Assembly: GCA_013239625.1 (NCBI GenBank)
Contig: MU054212.1
Span: forward strand, 558,001 to 622,000
Length of the DNA stretch: 64,000 nt
Source of the DNA: Lama guanicoe
Lineage: Eukaryota
Direction of reading: 5' to 3'
The position numbers and the translations under genes were made by a program. Positions within the stretch are counted from its first letter, which is position 1. Each line of letters opens with the position of its first letter. Below the pieces are notes generated by a model, which saw only the letters and a program-made list of their open reading frames with translations, had not been told where the DNA came from and made no database searches. Below are positions 24,401 through 37,400 of this stretch, piece after piece.

Positions 24401-27400
24401 GAACTTTGGTAACGTGTTTGTCTGGTCACAGAGCTGCTTCGTTGCCAACACAGCAAATCTTAATCTGGTTCATGTGAGTTAGCTGGCCAGTGTTCTACAA
24501 ACATGAAATTCGTCTTCAGATCTGCTTTTACTTGGTCTTTAAGTTGTTTTCCTCAATGGTCCGTGCTGGTTTTTAAAAATCCTGCAAATACATAAAAAGA
24601 CAAGGAAGATCAAAATTACTGAGCCTTATCTCAAAGCCATCATTAACATTTTGGTCTGCTTCCTTCCAGTCTTTCTTTTTCCCGCTTCATGCATGTGCGT
24701 GTGTGGAATGTGACAAGATGATTGTTTTGTTTTGATCTTTCTTGCCGGTCGGAAGAGGCCTGCCAAATCCCACCTTTCAAAACAAGCTTTTGGAAGCTGG
24801 TTGCTGAGAAGAGGAACAGATGTTGCCTGTCTCTTCCACTATAACTGTACACATCAAACCTTCCCGTCGCTGTAAACACTATTCTCAGATTAAGCTTGTA
24901 AATCATGCCATTTTCTGGGAAGAGTCCCAGCCTTAAACCAGCTCCCCTTCTCTCAGCTGACAGTTGCCAAGGCCTGTCTGAGTCTTTCTGCCTTTTATCC
25001 ACATTAGTCATTGCCCTCTCCTTCCCAGCGTGGATTTGTGGTTTGGCTTGGCGACCCTCTGCGTATGAAATGAATTGCCAGCAAGATGCTCGACTTTCTT
25101 AAGTAGGCAGCCCCCAGTTGGTAAGCAGCTCATCCACACCTCCACCTAAGACCGGGGGGCCAGGAGTGGGAAATCTGGGAGCTGTAAAGGAATCTGGGTT
25201 CAGAAGTAAAGAGAGAGAGAGGAAATTGTGAAGAATTGGAACAGCTTAAGAGGAAGGATCCTGGAGTCCTGAGAAGGAAAAAGAGGTTCAGAGAGGGAGA
25301 TGGAAATAATGCAACTTTGACCTCCCTTAAAATGTTACTGGGGGCAGCCCCAAACCAGGAAAACACAAGAGAAACCCAACTTTCTCTTATTTCTTCGTCC
25401 TCCTACACCCTCTGACCTGTTGCTCCTGCAGCTACAGCTCTCGCTTGTGCTGTTGAGCTGGTTCAGTTACATTATAGGCCAAAAGGGCATTGTGTGGGCT
25501 ACTCACCGTGTATAAATAACACGGTGTCAGTGGGAAAATGCATTCTGAGTTCCAGAGGGCCAACTCCAAAGCTTTTGGATAGCAACCCGCTGGGGAGTGA
25601 GAGAGGCAGGCGTTGTCCTGTGTGAAAGGGGAATGACGTGGGTGACCAGATGCTCTTGATTTCCTGAACCATGGACGCTGGTAGGTATTTCTGTATGTGT
25701 GGACCCAACCGGAAGGTAGTAGGAATGAACTCAGTTAACTTGTGATTCCAGTTGTGTAAAAATAACCAAGCTAGTGATGCCAGCAAAAAACAGTTTCTGA
25801 GATGTGTCTGGGTACAGACCCATTCAGGTAACCACACCTGATTGAATGAGAGTGCTTGGATTAGATGTTAATGTATCAGAGAACACGTGATGAAGAAAAT
25901 GGCTTCCCAGCGGAGCACCAGGTGTCTCTGGGGGCGTGTTACAAAAAGCAGCTTCCGAGGGGTATGTCTTTAGCTTTTTGGCATGGGGGCATCTCAGATG
26001 AGGTCATCCCCTTGGGTCCATTTCCTGAATCGACATTTTGTGGCACAGAGAACAGTTTCTTCTATTCTTAGGGCCTCCAAGCTGCCTGAGTGCTGCCTGC
26101 CTGGCTCCCAGCCCATCCCCCCCCTTCTTCCCCACCCATTTTCCCCAAAAACATCTCTTTTCGTTGTGGAAAATTGCACATTCATAAATTGTGTTTCTTT
26201 CCTCACACCAAGCATATTTCCACACAGAGACAGATTCAGGAATGATCTCATGGATGAATCATGCTTTTACCCAGCTGTTTATAGGAGCTGCCTTTAGACA
26301 AAGATTTTGGTGTAAGCTCCATTAAGGTCCTTTCATTGTCTGCCAGTTACCCTAGAGGGGGGTGGAGAGGGGTTTATCAATGAAGTGCTGAGTGTCAGAG
26401 GGGCTGGACTTCTAGACTAAAAGCTGCTTTGATTTCACTTTTTCCTGTCAGCCCCGGGCCTTGTTCCATTGGCTGAACTGGGGGTGGTGCTAACGTTCTG
26501 CTCCGATACAAGGAAGCAGACCCAATCCAAGATGGCAGCTGGGCCGTATCTGAAGAGGCGACAAACAGGGCTTCTTAAACTGTGATAAATGCTTCTATGG
26601 TTGAGTTCCAGTGGATGTGTAATCTCGTAATTAAAATTAGCTCACAAGTGGTATTTCCTTCCCTAATCCAGCTTTCAGGCTTTGCTTTCTGCAGAGCAAA
26701 TCTCAATTTTTTTTTTGAAGGATCTGGAAATCCTGTTAATATTTAATTGGCTGCTAAATTATTTACACATCAAAGCGTTAAACCTGTTGTGGTCCTTTAG
26801 AGAGCAGGTGCCCAGTGGAGCTCCCAGTCGGCATTCCAAGGTCTTGAGTTTAGAGCGCCATGAAAGGAATGATTAGGGATAAAAGTCAGGCCATTCCCAC
26901 TTTGGAAGCAGAAAGCCCTGGAAACTAGTTAATTGATCACACACACACTTTTTTCTATCTATGTTCTAGGCGTTAAGTATTTAAATCTTATTTTTTTTAA
27001 TTAAGAGGAATATTGGTTCCTATGCTCCCTAAGAAAAGGGCCGTAGCTTGAATTTCTTGTTATCTAGTAGGGAATCTTGTTTGATCAGTTTCATGCATCA
27101 TGGCTCAGTGAGTTTAAAAAAGGAAACGAAAGAGCATTTTACCTATTCCACAAGATGAAATCATGAGTTGGCCGCTGTGTGGATAATAGCGATCAGGGTA
27201 ACCCCCTTTGGGCACCAGGATATCTAGATTGGCCATCTGCTCTGACCAGATGACGCCACGCTGTGAAATCATGTACTTTCACTTTATGCCGTGGGAGCCA
27301 AAACTAAGACACAGGTCCAGGGGGTTTCCAGCCATGAAGTTACGGGCTTTCCAGGAGAGCTGCATTAAGTGACTTGAGGTTCCGTCTTGTGAAGGATAGC

Positions 27401-28449
27401 TTTACGCCCCCTCAAAAGAACCAACCTGTATTTCTGTCCCTTGCTTAAGGGTACAACTGCTCACTGCATTTTCATCCTCTGTTTTAATATCCCCCCCAGT
27501 CTACTTTGAGCCCCTCCCCTGCCCCACCTTGAACTGCCACCATCCCCTCTCCAACCCCATCAGCCACACATTGCAGAAAAATCTTTGTGTTGGGTTTTCA
27601 GTGTGTTTGTTGCCTACATCCTCTGCAGAAGTTAACAAACCTGAACAGAATGAGAAATGAGCTCTGGTAGCCAAGTAAGTCTGAGCTGTGGTGTCGCCCG
27701 GGCCCGTAGAAGAGAAAGAATCCGACCCTTGCATTGTCCGCGGTTCTACCAGTGGTTCTGTTAGCTCATCTGCCCAAATGAGATCTTTTCCTGTGACCTA
27801 ACTCTGTCTCTGAGTGCCAGCTACAGCATTTAAACCTTAATGCTTACAATTTTGAACAATACCCACATCTGGTATTTGAACTTGCCTTCATTCCATTTTT
27901 AGGAGGTAGAACATAAATAAATTAATATTTGTACTCTAGAGCTATCTTGGAAAAAGTCATCTCCTAGGCTTTTCAAAGAAATAGAAAAGTCTAACTTCAG
28001 TTTGCTTTAATTACTTGCAGCCGCTGTTCTCTGGTCCCCAGCTCAACCTCCTGGTACTGGAGGGTTAATGTTGGCATTTGAGCCAAACAGATATTTCTAC
28101 TTTCATACACCATTTTAACAAGAATTCACAATGATGATCTTAGAAAGAAAACATCAAGATTTTATCACTACTGTGGGACTTCTGCTTAATTCTTTTTCAC
28201 TGGCGTTTTTGAAAGATTCTCTTTGGGTGAACCAGCAACACTTCAGAATTCCTTTCTGCCTCTGGCTTCAACCCAGGGCTCCCACAGCAATGGGGCATGG
28301 AGGACCACAGGTCTCTTGCTTGTGTTACACTGACACATTAATGCCTGAGCAGTTACCTTGTCTGTACATTAGGTGCTGTGGTGTGAAGTCGCTGTTTATG
28401 TAGGTCAAAACAGACAAATAACAGCAATTTCATACGGTTCTTGTTAATG

Positions 28450-28896
28450 TAATCATCCCTCAGTATCCGCAGGGAATTGGTTCCAGGACCCCCAGTGGAT
28501 ACCAAGATCCACAGATGCTCAAATCCCTTATATAAAATGGCATAGTATTTGTGTATAACCTACCCACATCCTCTCATAACACTTTAGGAAAGTTTTTTTT
28601 TTAACTTATGTATTTATTTGAATGGAGGTCCTGGGGATTGAACCCAGGACCTTGCGCCTGCTAAGCACATGCTTTATCACTGAGCTATATCCTCCCCTTC
28701 AACTCATACACTTTAAATCATCTCTAGGTTCCTTGTAATACCCAATGCAATATAAATGTTATGTAAATAGTGGCCTGCTCACTGCAAATTCAAGTTTTGC
28801 TTGTTGGAACTTTCTAGAATTTTTTTCCCAAATATTTTTGATCAGTGGTTGGTTGAATCCATGGATGTGGAACCTGTGGATTTGGAGGGCCAACTG
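28450..28896 (+). mobile_element. MER2/MER2B-like Tigger DNA transposon, interrupted by a SINE
   Basis: atccctcagtatccgcagggaattggttccaggacccc at the start; ggttgaatccatggatgtggaacc...ggagggccaactg followed by TA at the end. Confidence 0.85.
28592..28697 (-). mobile_element. tRNA-derived camelid SINE (Vic-1-like)
   Basis: Reverse complement ggggaggatatagctcagtgataaagc...gggttcaatcccc (A/B boxes) with an A-rich tail. Imperfect TSD ctcata(a)cacttta at 28573-28586 and 28703-28715. Confidence 0.85.
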
Positions 28897-29191
28897 TATA
28901 CGGATTCAGCAACTCTTATGAGTGCACTTAGCTGCCACCTAGAGAAGTCTGTCAGCCTCTTTGTGAAAGATATATTTTGCAGATCCCAAGAGTCTCAATG
29001 TATACAAATCCAAAAGCTGTTAAAAGAGACCAACGTGATTGAAATAGATACGATGTGTTTCATTTTCCGTGGACACGTGGTTGTGTAAGCAGATGTGTGT
29101 ACCCAAGTGCTTTTAATTCAGTCCCACCAAAACGGCAGCCCCAAAGTTAGTGGAACCTTTTCCTGAATATGAGGCAGAGGAAAAACTGGAG

Positions 29192-29300
29192 GTGGGAAGG
29201 GTGTAGCTCAGTGGTAGAGCACGTGCCTAGCATGCACAAGGTCCTGGGTTTAATCCCCAGTCCCTCCATTAAAAAAATAAATCTATCTCCCCTGCGCCAA
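29192..29300 (+). mobile_element. tRNA-derived camelid SINE (Vic-1-like)
   Basis: gggtgtagctcagtggtagagcacgtgcctagcatgcacaaggtcctgggtttaatcccc plus A-rich tail; flanked by aaaaa(c/a)tgga. Confidence 0.85.
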
Positions 29301-30071
29301 AAAAAATGGAAAAGTGTGCCCTTATCGGCCAGCACAAAGCACTCAATTTTCTAGGGCAGTTGTAATACTTACAACAATGTTGGTGAAGTTTCTGAATATA
29401 GCCAATACAGGTGAGCCAGCTCTGCTGTGCAAGAAATATAGCTTTTTTTTTCTTTTTAGTTTGCTGAATATAAATAATATAAACTCCCTTCTACAGGGCT
29501 GGAGGGAAATTCAGACTTAATTATCACTGGGCACCCTGCCCTTCTCTCCAGGATTCACGAAGGACCTGGAACACTGTGACCTTGGGGAGCACTGTTACTC
29601 ATTGTCCTTTGGTGTGTCTGGCACTGCCAAAAGCCCCGTCTCCTCTGTCCCCATGGCCCCTCAGGGCAAAAGGACTTGCTGCTCTGTGCTTCATGTAGGA
29701 TGTGAATTTTTATCACGGCTTTTGAAAACTGTCATTAATCACTTCGCATCATAGGCAGGACAGGGGAGCCAGTTCATGCACGGAATGCCTGTGGACGAGG
29801 ACGGTTGCTCCAGAGTCAGAGGATACCTTTTTCCCTTCTTAGAAGCTCAGTCTCTCTTCCCCACCTCTCACCTGGCTCCCTTTCTCTCTCTCCTTGATTC
29901 CTTTACCTTTGGCCTGGAGAGTCTTGCCTTTGCATCTTGTTTATTCTTGCTCGGGTTGTAGGAGATGTCCCTGAAGGTGGTGCCTCCCTCCAGGCCACAC
30001 GGCAGGAATGTGGCCGGCCTGGGGCGGCTTTGGCTAACAAGCACTGTGTTGTAGGGCCAGGCTGAAAGAGA

Positions 30072-30545
30072 GTGCTCTCCAAACACAGCTGCAATTCCGA
30101 GTCATCTGGGGAGCGTTTAAAACTCCTGCTGCCCAGGTTACACCCCACCTGACTGAATCAGAATGAATGACCAGGGATGGGAGCCAGGCACAGGACAGGC
30201 GCATCCCATTACGTTGTGCTTCATTGAAACTTGTTTCTTCCAAATTGAAGGTTTGTGGCAACGTTGCATTGTCAGATGATGGTGAGCATCTTTTAGCAGT
30301 AAAGTATTTAAGATATGTACATTGTTTTCTGAGACATAACACTATTGCACACTTAATAGACATAGTAAAGTACATACATAATTTTATATGTACTGGGAAA
30401 TCAAAAAATTGGTGACTCGCTTTATTGCGATATTTGCTCTACTGGTGTGGCCTGCAGCCAAACCCGCAGTTATCTCTGAAGCGTGCCTGCAGGTTGTCAG
30501 ATATCCCTGGTGATTCTAATATGCAGCCGACTCTGAGAACTGCTG
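30072..30545. mobile_element. MER5A-like hAT element interrupted by a short Tigger1-derived element (30196-30489)
   Basis: MER5 motifs (actgaatcagaat; ggtgattctaatatgcagcc...tgagaactgctg) flank caggc...cgctttattgcgatatt...gcctg with Tigger1-like termini. Confidence 0.75.
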
Positions 30546-30639
30546 GAAGGAAGTGGACTGTCCTTGAGAATGGGAGCATTTAGTCCTGAGCATAGCCACA
30601 GCCAGACCGTCTTGTGTCTCTGAGGCAACATGCTGCACT

Positions 30640-30850
30640 AGATACAGCACAGGGTGCAGACCCAGTCTCTGCAGCTGACTCTCACGGTGACCTCAGCAAG
30701 CCGTCTACCTACTCTGGGCCTTGTTGTTCTCGTCTGTAAAATAGGATAATAACAGCAATGCCTGTGTGACAGGGTCATCTTAAAGAATGAAAGAGAAGCT
30801 GTGTGGAAGTCTTTGTAAATTGTGAAGCGCTCTGTAAACGCTTGCTGTTA
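30640..30850 (+). mobile_element. MIR SINE
   Basis: gtgacctcagcaag...ttctcgtctgtaaaataggataataacag. Confidence 0.65.
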
Positions 30851-31333
30851 ATACTGGAGATCGTTCTCTTACAGAAAGATAATCATTTAAGTGGCCTGGC
30901 AGGTAGCTGGGGTGGCTGTTGTGGCTTTAATTCCTTCATTACTAGTAATAAGCCTGAGAACTGTTAACGATAAGAACTTCTTTCTCCTGTCTAATGTAGG
31001 GGGTGGCCGGGAGAGGTGGTCTCCCCCGGCCTCCTGTTAGCCGACTGTCTAAGAGCAGAGGGACCTTGCTGAGCGGGAAGGGATGTTGGTCACCCAGCGG
31101 CTTCTGAGCCTGACTTTCATCTTCAGGCCCTCTTTTCACTTGGATTTCGTTTATATCAAAGTGGGTGGAACTCCCACAAAGTGCTACTGAGAAGGAAGGA
31201 CAAAGAGAGGGTCCCACCAGGCAGGCACTGTCATTTTTGTGAGTGTGACTGTGGTATCCCTGTACAGTAAGCATCACCATGGCTCCTTCGGGTGCAAACA
31301 GGAGCATTTTTTCCTTCGGCTTGTCCCCCCCAG

Positions 31334-31430
31334 GGATTTGAAGTTGGACGGAGGGAGACAATCAGCAGGAGCCGTGAGCTTGAAGGAGATCATCGGCCTT
31401 GAAGGCGTGGAGCTGGGAGCCGATGGGAAG
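31334..31430 (+). CDS. CABLES1: CABLES1 coding exon (exon 5), 97 nt: DLKLDGGRQSAGAVSLKEIIGLEGVELGADGK
   Basis: Acceptor cccccccag ends at 31333; donor gtaagg at 31431. Peptide lies within ORF 31239..31502. Confidence 0.96.
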
Positions 31431-31651
31431 GTAAGGCTGCCTGGCTTCCAGGCCTCGGGCTTGGGCTGGCGCCAGCAGGGTCAGGTGGCAGAGGCTGCGT
31501 GAGGGACCGCGAGCCGCCCTCGTGGTGGGGAACTAGGTGCGGGGCACGTTCCTGGGTGAATGGCACCAGCTCCCCAGCCTGCAGATGGATTAAAAAGCCC
31601 CACAGCTATTTCTGCACCAATGCTGTTTATAACGGAATCCGAGATCCTGAC

Positions 31652-32106
31652 CAGCACCCCTCTTATTCTCAGGGGATACGTTCCGAGACGGATGCCTGAG
31701 ACCTTGGATGGTACCAAACCCTATACCAAACTATGTTTTCCCCATACAGACATACCTAAAATTAAGTTTAATTTATAAATTAGGCAGAATAAAAGAATAT
31801 CCGAATTGCTGGCGTCACTACTTTGTGCTTTGGGGCCACTATGAAGTAAAATAAGGGTCCCTTGAACACAAGGACTGTGATTCCGTGACAGCCACTCTGA
31901 TAACTGAGACAGCTACCGAGTGACTAAGAAGAGGGGGACGCACTGGACAAAGGGGTGATTCACGTCCTGGGCGGGATGGCGCTAGATTTCATCATACTGC
32001 CCTGAATGGCACACAATCTAAAGCTTATGAATTGTGTATTTCTGGAATTTTCCATTTAATATTTTCAGACCATGAGCAACAGAAACTGTGGGTTAGGGGG
32101 ACTACT
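31652..32106 (-). mobile_element. MER44/Tigger7-family DNA transposon
   Basis: ggggatacgttcc; ctttggggccactatgaagtaaaataaggg; atttctggaattttccatttaatattttc; terminal gggggactact. Confidence 0.8.
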
Positions 32107-33111
32107 TTTCCTCACACACGTGCATGTTGCAGGCTGGAGTGACAGATGGTTTGATGTGTTAACTCACGGCGACCCCAAGCAGCATTCCCACTACTGCACA
32201 GGGTCTTTGGCTTCCCAAGGTCCTAAGAGGCTGAACACTGAGCAGAGGGGCTGTGACATCCCTCTTTCATCCATAACTCACTGAGCTGCTGGGCTGAAGT
32301 CCGAGGAGTGAGGGTTGAAATACGAACTTGACTTTTTACTGCTGGATCTAGGCAGTCTTCGTGAGCTCTCTCACAAAGCCTGTTTCTGGAGACAATGCAA
32401 GTATGTCTTTGGGGAAGTCGTCCCAGTGTAGTTTGCTTGTAGGTGAAGCTGCTGGGACGGCAGACAACTTTCCCCACCACCACTAGCTGTTGTCACCCTT
32501 CTCGCAGAACGGCTGGTTCCCCGCTGTGCCCAAATGGCATCGCCCTGAGCTCACATGGAGTGGGGTGTGAGCCATGCTTCCCCAAGCAGGTGAAAAGAAA
32601 AGCATGTGTTGTATCCTCATTCCTGAAGGTTGAGTGTTCACGGAGGAATGAGGGAGGATGGAGTGAGAAGAGCGCCATAGAGCCAGCTTCTGCCAGAGGA
32701 GACGGGAGGGCACGCTACCCGATCAGACGCTTGGGGCCTGACGTGCTGGAATCCTGCGCTTGGTGGATTATAAAGGGTGCTATGAAATGTGCCTCCTGGA
32801 TCGGACAGCAAACACCCCAGCAACTTCCCAGATAGCACCTTGTTATCAGACACACTAATACCCCTGCCCCATCACATGAATATTCACGCCTAGTGGGATA
32901 AACTGAAACTATAGACGGCCTCACGTCAGCCCAGTTAGGTTTTGGCAGAAACAAGTGCCAGAGCAAATGTCCCCCTTCAGATCTCCTTGGACAGACTTGC
33001 CACGGAGAGAACACAGCCCTGAGCGCTGGGTGCCCGTGCAGCTTGGTCAGAACGCAGACCTAACCCTGCCTGGGAGTAATCACTGGCTTGTTTTTTGTCT
33101 TCACCTTTTAG

Positions 33112-33268
33112 ACTGTTTCTTATACCCAGTTTCTGCTACCCACGAATGCCTTTGGAGCGCGGAGAAACACCTTAGACTCCACGGCCTCCTGCCCCCAGCT
33201 CCGTGCCCTGAGCCACCGCAGCCTCTCCATAGGGCGGGCAGGCAGCACCCAGGGCGGCCTCGACACAG
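33112..33268 (+). CDS. CABLES1: CABLES1 coding exon (exon 6), 157 nt: TVSYTQFLLPTNAFGARRNTLDSTASCPQLRALSHRSLSIGRAGSTQGGLDT(G)
   Basis: Acceptor caccttttag ends at 33111; donor gtgagc at 33269. Frame is open and phases match both neighbours. Confidence 0.95.
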
Positions 33269-34324
33269 GTGAGCCGGGCCCGGCTGGTCTGGAGGGGTCG
33301 TGGTAGGAGGTGCCCTGGTGGACAGTGTGGATTGGGTCTCCCCGTGTGCAGATCGGAGGACAGGTGCCCCAGGAGCGTGAGCTCATCCCGCAGGTGACGT
33401 GACTTTTGGGATTTCTGGCGGATTTCAGGCCACGCAGGCTCACAAGCAGGCCACGGGGCGCGCTCTCTAGTGAGAGGCCTCCATCGTCAGCCCTAAGCTC
33501 CCACGAGGGGAGATGCCCGGACTCCCGGCTTCTCTCCGCCACTCAGCTCCTCATCTCTCCAGTTACTTGGCTCCTGCCTGCATTTTCGTAGTGCTCCAGT
33601 TTGGCCATTCTTCAAATAACTGGGCCATAAATGCATGATCAGGTGATTCTCATATTGGGTGAGTTCACTCAGCTGCTGACAGAAGACTTGAATCTTCCGT
33701 CTTTACAAGCCTTTGTGAGAACTGACGCAGGGGAAAACACTTTGTGAGGAAGGATTATTTCCACTCTTGGAGAAATTCCTGCTGAGCGTGACATTCCTCA
33801 GGCCTGTCCAGGTGCTGAGTTCAGAAGCACTGTCTCAATGTTCCGGCCGCCTCTGGTCATTGCCTGCCGTTGGCGTCCGCTCTGGTTTGTGTTCATACAG
33901 ACCCCACAGCCTGCCCGGAGGTACTCACACCAAAGGTGCTTCTCACGTGGGGCAACTTGAGGCCCATTTGATCTGCAGGTTTAGAAAGTGAGCCTTTCCT
34001 GTGCCATGCTTTGTAATCTGTGAGTGTTTACAGCATTGTTCACGCTTGTGAGTTTTTGTGCTCTCCTGGGTCAGGAAGATAAACGCATGATTTTCTACAG
34101 TGGAAAAAATGTCAGAGTGTTAAGTGTTTGGTGAACCCCTCTGTGGCGGGGATATGCTTCATTGGCGTGCAGAGACGTCTGCTGATGGTCAGAGCGGCTG
34201 ATGCGATTCTGGGCCCAGTAACCTGAAGCCAGCCTTCAGTCTGACTTTGTACTTGGCATTCGCCTGGCTGCTTCTGCTTTGGGAGGTCCAGGGCCCTGAC
34301 TATCGTTTTGCATGTCATCCTTAG

Positions 34325-34428
34325 GCAGCGACCTGGGAGACTTTATGGACTATGACCCAAATCTCCTGGATGACCCCCAGTGGCCTTGTGGCAAGCACAA
34401 ACGAGTTCTGATCTTCCCTTCGTACATG
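34325..34428 (+). CDS. CABLES1: CABLES1 coding exon (exon 7), 104 nt: SDLGDFMDYDPNLLDDPQWPCGKHKRVLIFPSYM
   Basis: Acceptor catccttag ends at 34324; donor gtgagt at 34429. Contains the CABLES motif YDPNLLDDPQWPCGKHKRVL. Confidence 0.97.
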
Positions 34429-37400
34429 GTGAGTAGCGGGAAGGGATGGAGGGTGAGCTGACCCCCTCAGCCTCCTCGGAGAGGTTCTTCCTGGAGTTGG
34501 GGGCTTGTTCAAACACTGTTCTGCCGGGTTCTTCTTAAGGACCCCCCAGTGTGGGGCACTCAGGGAGGGGCCAGCACCCGCCTTACATCCAGGATTCTGC
34601 CAGCACCTACGCTGCCTCAGGGGGCGTGGGAAGGCTGGGTTGCCCACGCCTGTGAAAGCTGCTTAGGGTGGAGCTTCACCTGTGAGGTTACACATCCACT
34701 GACCCCACTGGGTAGGGGGGACCAATCACGTCCGTCACTGGCAGCGCTGAGTTCAAGTTCAGCTGTTCGGAGTTCATGGTGATTGTAGGCCTCTGCACAC
34801 ACTCTGAGCAAACATTTGGCACCGGGCTCTGGATGACAGAATCATCTCCTGGGAAAGTGAAAGTAGGACAATGTGGGTGTTAAATGCAAAACCTTTCCTT
34901 GCTGTTTTTATTTCGCGGTCCCTTCCTGTTTTTCCCTTTGTGTAATTTTGGTTTCTGCTTTTGGCTGACCACCATTTCCCACCACTCTGGCCGCAGTTTC
35001 ACCAGTGGGGCCTGGCGGTGGGCAGACGTGCCCTGACTTGGAGGTGGGCAGAGCCTGGGTTGCTGTGAGAGCCAGGCTTTCAGGGAAACCAGCCGGGCCA
35101 GGCCTGCCACACACGCCGGCAGGTAGACAGCGCTGACCCAGGGTGCCCCCACCGCCCCCTGCCGGGCCTGGACGGGGTGGGCGCAGCTGAAAGCGTCCTG
35201 GTCTGCTTCCCTTGCTGTCATCAGAAGCCCTGGCCTCAGGAGTGAGCAGAGGGTCCTTTTTCTGTTCTAGGCTCTTGTGTCTGCAGAAGCCAAAGCAGGA
35301 CCTCACCTCATGCACTCAGCGGGCACCTGAGCACTCACTTTAAGCTTAGAGTTCCCGGCACTGGGGCTCCGCCTCCTACCCTTCTCCCTGCGGAGCACTT
35401 GGCAAGTGGCTAAAATCACACCGGGCAGAACTCAGACCCTCGCCAGTTACTTTCAACCTACACCCGCTTGTAATGTGGCAGACAGTTGAGAGAGCATTCT
35501 AGAACGCCGCACTGAGTCAGAATGAATTGCCCAAGGCTTTTCATGTAAAACTGCCCCGAGTGCTCTACTGCTGCCTCTCCCGTCCTAACACAGAAAGCAG
35601 GACCAGAGCCACGTGAAGTTATTTTCTTCCACCCTATGACCTGTTAGACTATTTACTTCTTTCTAAAAACCAGGGCTTATCCATATAATATAAGCCTGCA
35701 CTTAGTAAGCGTCCGATAAATGACCAGAGTCCTTGCGCTGGCGTTATGCAGGGGGCAACTGAAAGACGGGGACTCGTGCAGCAGTAAGGATTCTTCCTGT
35801 TGTTCACTGCTTTATTTGTTAAAGTTCACTTCATTTATTAATTCGGGCAGGAAACCGTGGCTCAGGGAGTCTGAGTGGGGCTGTCACAGTTGACAGACAG
35901 GAAGTTAGGGGCTGAGGCTAAAACTCGGCTCAGTCCTCTTCCTTCCGCACCCCCGAATCCACATCCCTCAGCCATCGTGTCAGTGGCAGTGGCAGAACCC
36001 CCGACCTCAAGGTACGATGTGAAAATGATCTCTGGGCCAACAGGTTAACAGACTTCTGGGTAACCAGGAGACTCAGAAGGGGCACTGTTTTTGATTGGCG
36101 TTGGGGCTTGGCAGGGAGCTCCTCTGTAGACACGCTCTGTCTGGTGGTAACATTGACCTCTCCAGAAGGTGTCTGGCCTGTGCCAGCCCTGATTTTTTTT
36201 CCCCCTTTCTTTAAATGATTTAATTGTGAGCGTCGAGGTTCTGGGCTGTGGTCTCCGTGTGCGTGCCTGGGCGCACGGATCATTTTCCCTCCTCGGACAG
36301 TGCGCTGCGTGACCTGCCCAGCGAGCTTGTATGTCCCACCCTCCTCATTTTATGGTCCCAAGTGGGTCATTTCTCAGTTCACCACACTGAATCTGCAGCC
36401 TGTGCTTGCTGTGATTGGCCATTTGTTAGACGATGAAATTGCTCATGAACTGCATTTGCCTGGTCAGCTCTGTAAGACCCACATCTCCTTCCATGCTGGC
36501 CACAGATACTGGTACTTTGATACATGGCGAGTTACAAAGAGCCTCAGACTGGTTCCGGGGGGACTGCCTGTCTAGAAGCAGACGTGGATTTTAGGGCTGT
36601 TTCATGTGCATTTTTGCATTGAACTTTGGGAGTAAGAGTTGGGGTTTTGGTTTGTTTGCTTTATTTTGTGTGTTGGTAACAGGTATAGGATTTGTCATCC
36701 AGCCAGTGTTGACTGAGGCCCTACTATGTGCCAGGCCAGGTGCTTCCTTATATGTTGGAGGACAAATCAGCCACAACCCCCATTCTCCTCAACCTTACAG
36801 TGAGCGGAGAAGTCAGAGACCGAACAGCAGACAAGTCACTCCGGTGTGGAGGCTGAGGAAGAAGCCTCTTAGGAAAGTGGTGGACCTGCCAGGGAGGGGT
36901 GGAGGCTGGAGGCAGGTCTCAAGGAAGGCTCCCCTGAGGAAATGGCATCAAAAGTGAATGCCGAGGGGTGAGAAGGAGCAGTCCTGCCAGGCCTTGGGAG
37001 GAACACCCACGTGCATGAGTGTGCAAGAGGTTGACTTTGTGTAAAACGGGTATTTATAAGAGTGACAGTCCCTGCCCTTTAAACACACACGCACACATGC
37101 ATGCACAGGTGGGGCAGTCCATGGAACGATGATCTTGGCACTCTCTCCGCTAACCTGGCCCCGTGCCCAGGGCGCTGCACTTGTTAATAGGTGCCGGCTA
37201 CCAAGGTGGACAGAGGGAGCTGTAGGGTCACCTGGCCCAGGCCGTCCAAGGCCCTCTTTCAGCGAATGGGGCACATCTTGGCCTGTGGGTGGGTGGGAGT
37301 CGCTCCCCCCAGACAGATCCCGCTTGGAGCCTTCCTGCTGCTCGGTGAACCCTCATCGTCGTGGGCAGGGCACCCCTGTAGGCAGATGTCAGCCCTGGCA

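Noticed and set aside
29192..29270. tRNA-Ala-like sequence with A and B boxes
   Set aside because: The A-rich tail, flanking duplication and diverged sister copies mark it as a SINE, not a tRNA gene.
34321..34328. Tandem acceptor tagGCAG at the 104-nt exon
   Set aside because: The second AG shifts the frame by 4 nt, while the first gives the conserved frame. No evidence of use.
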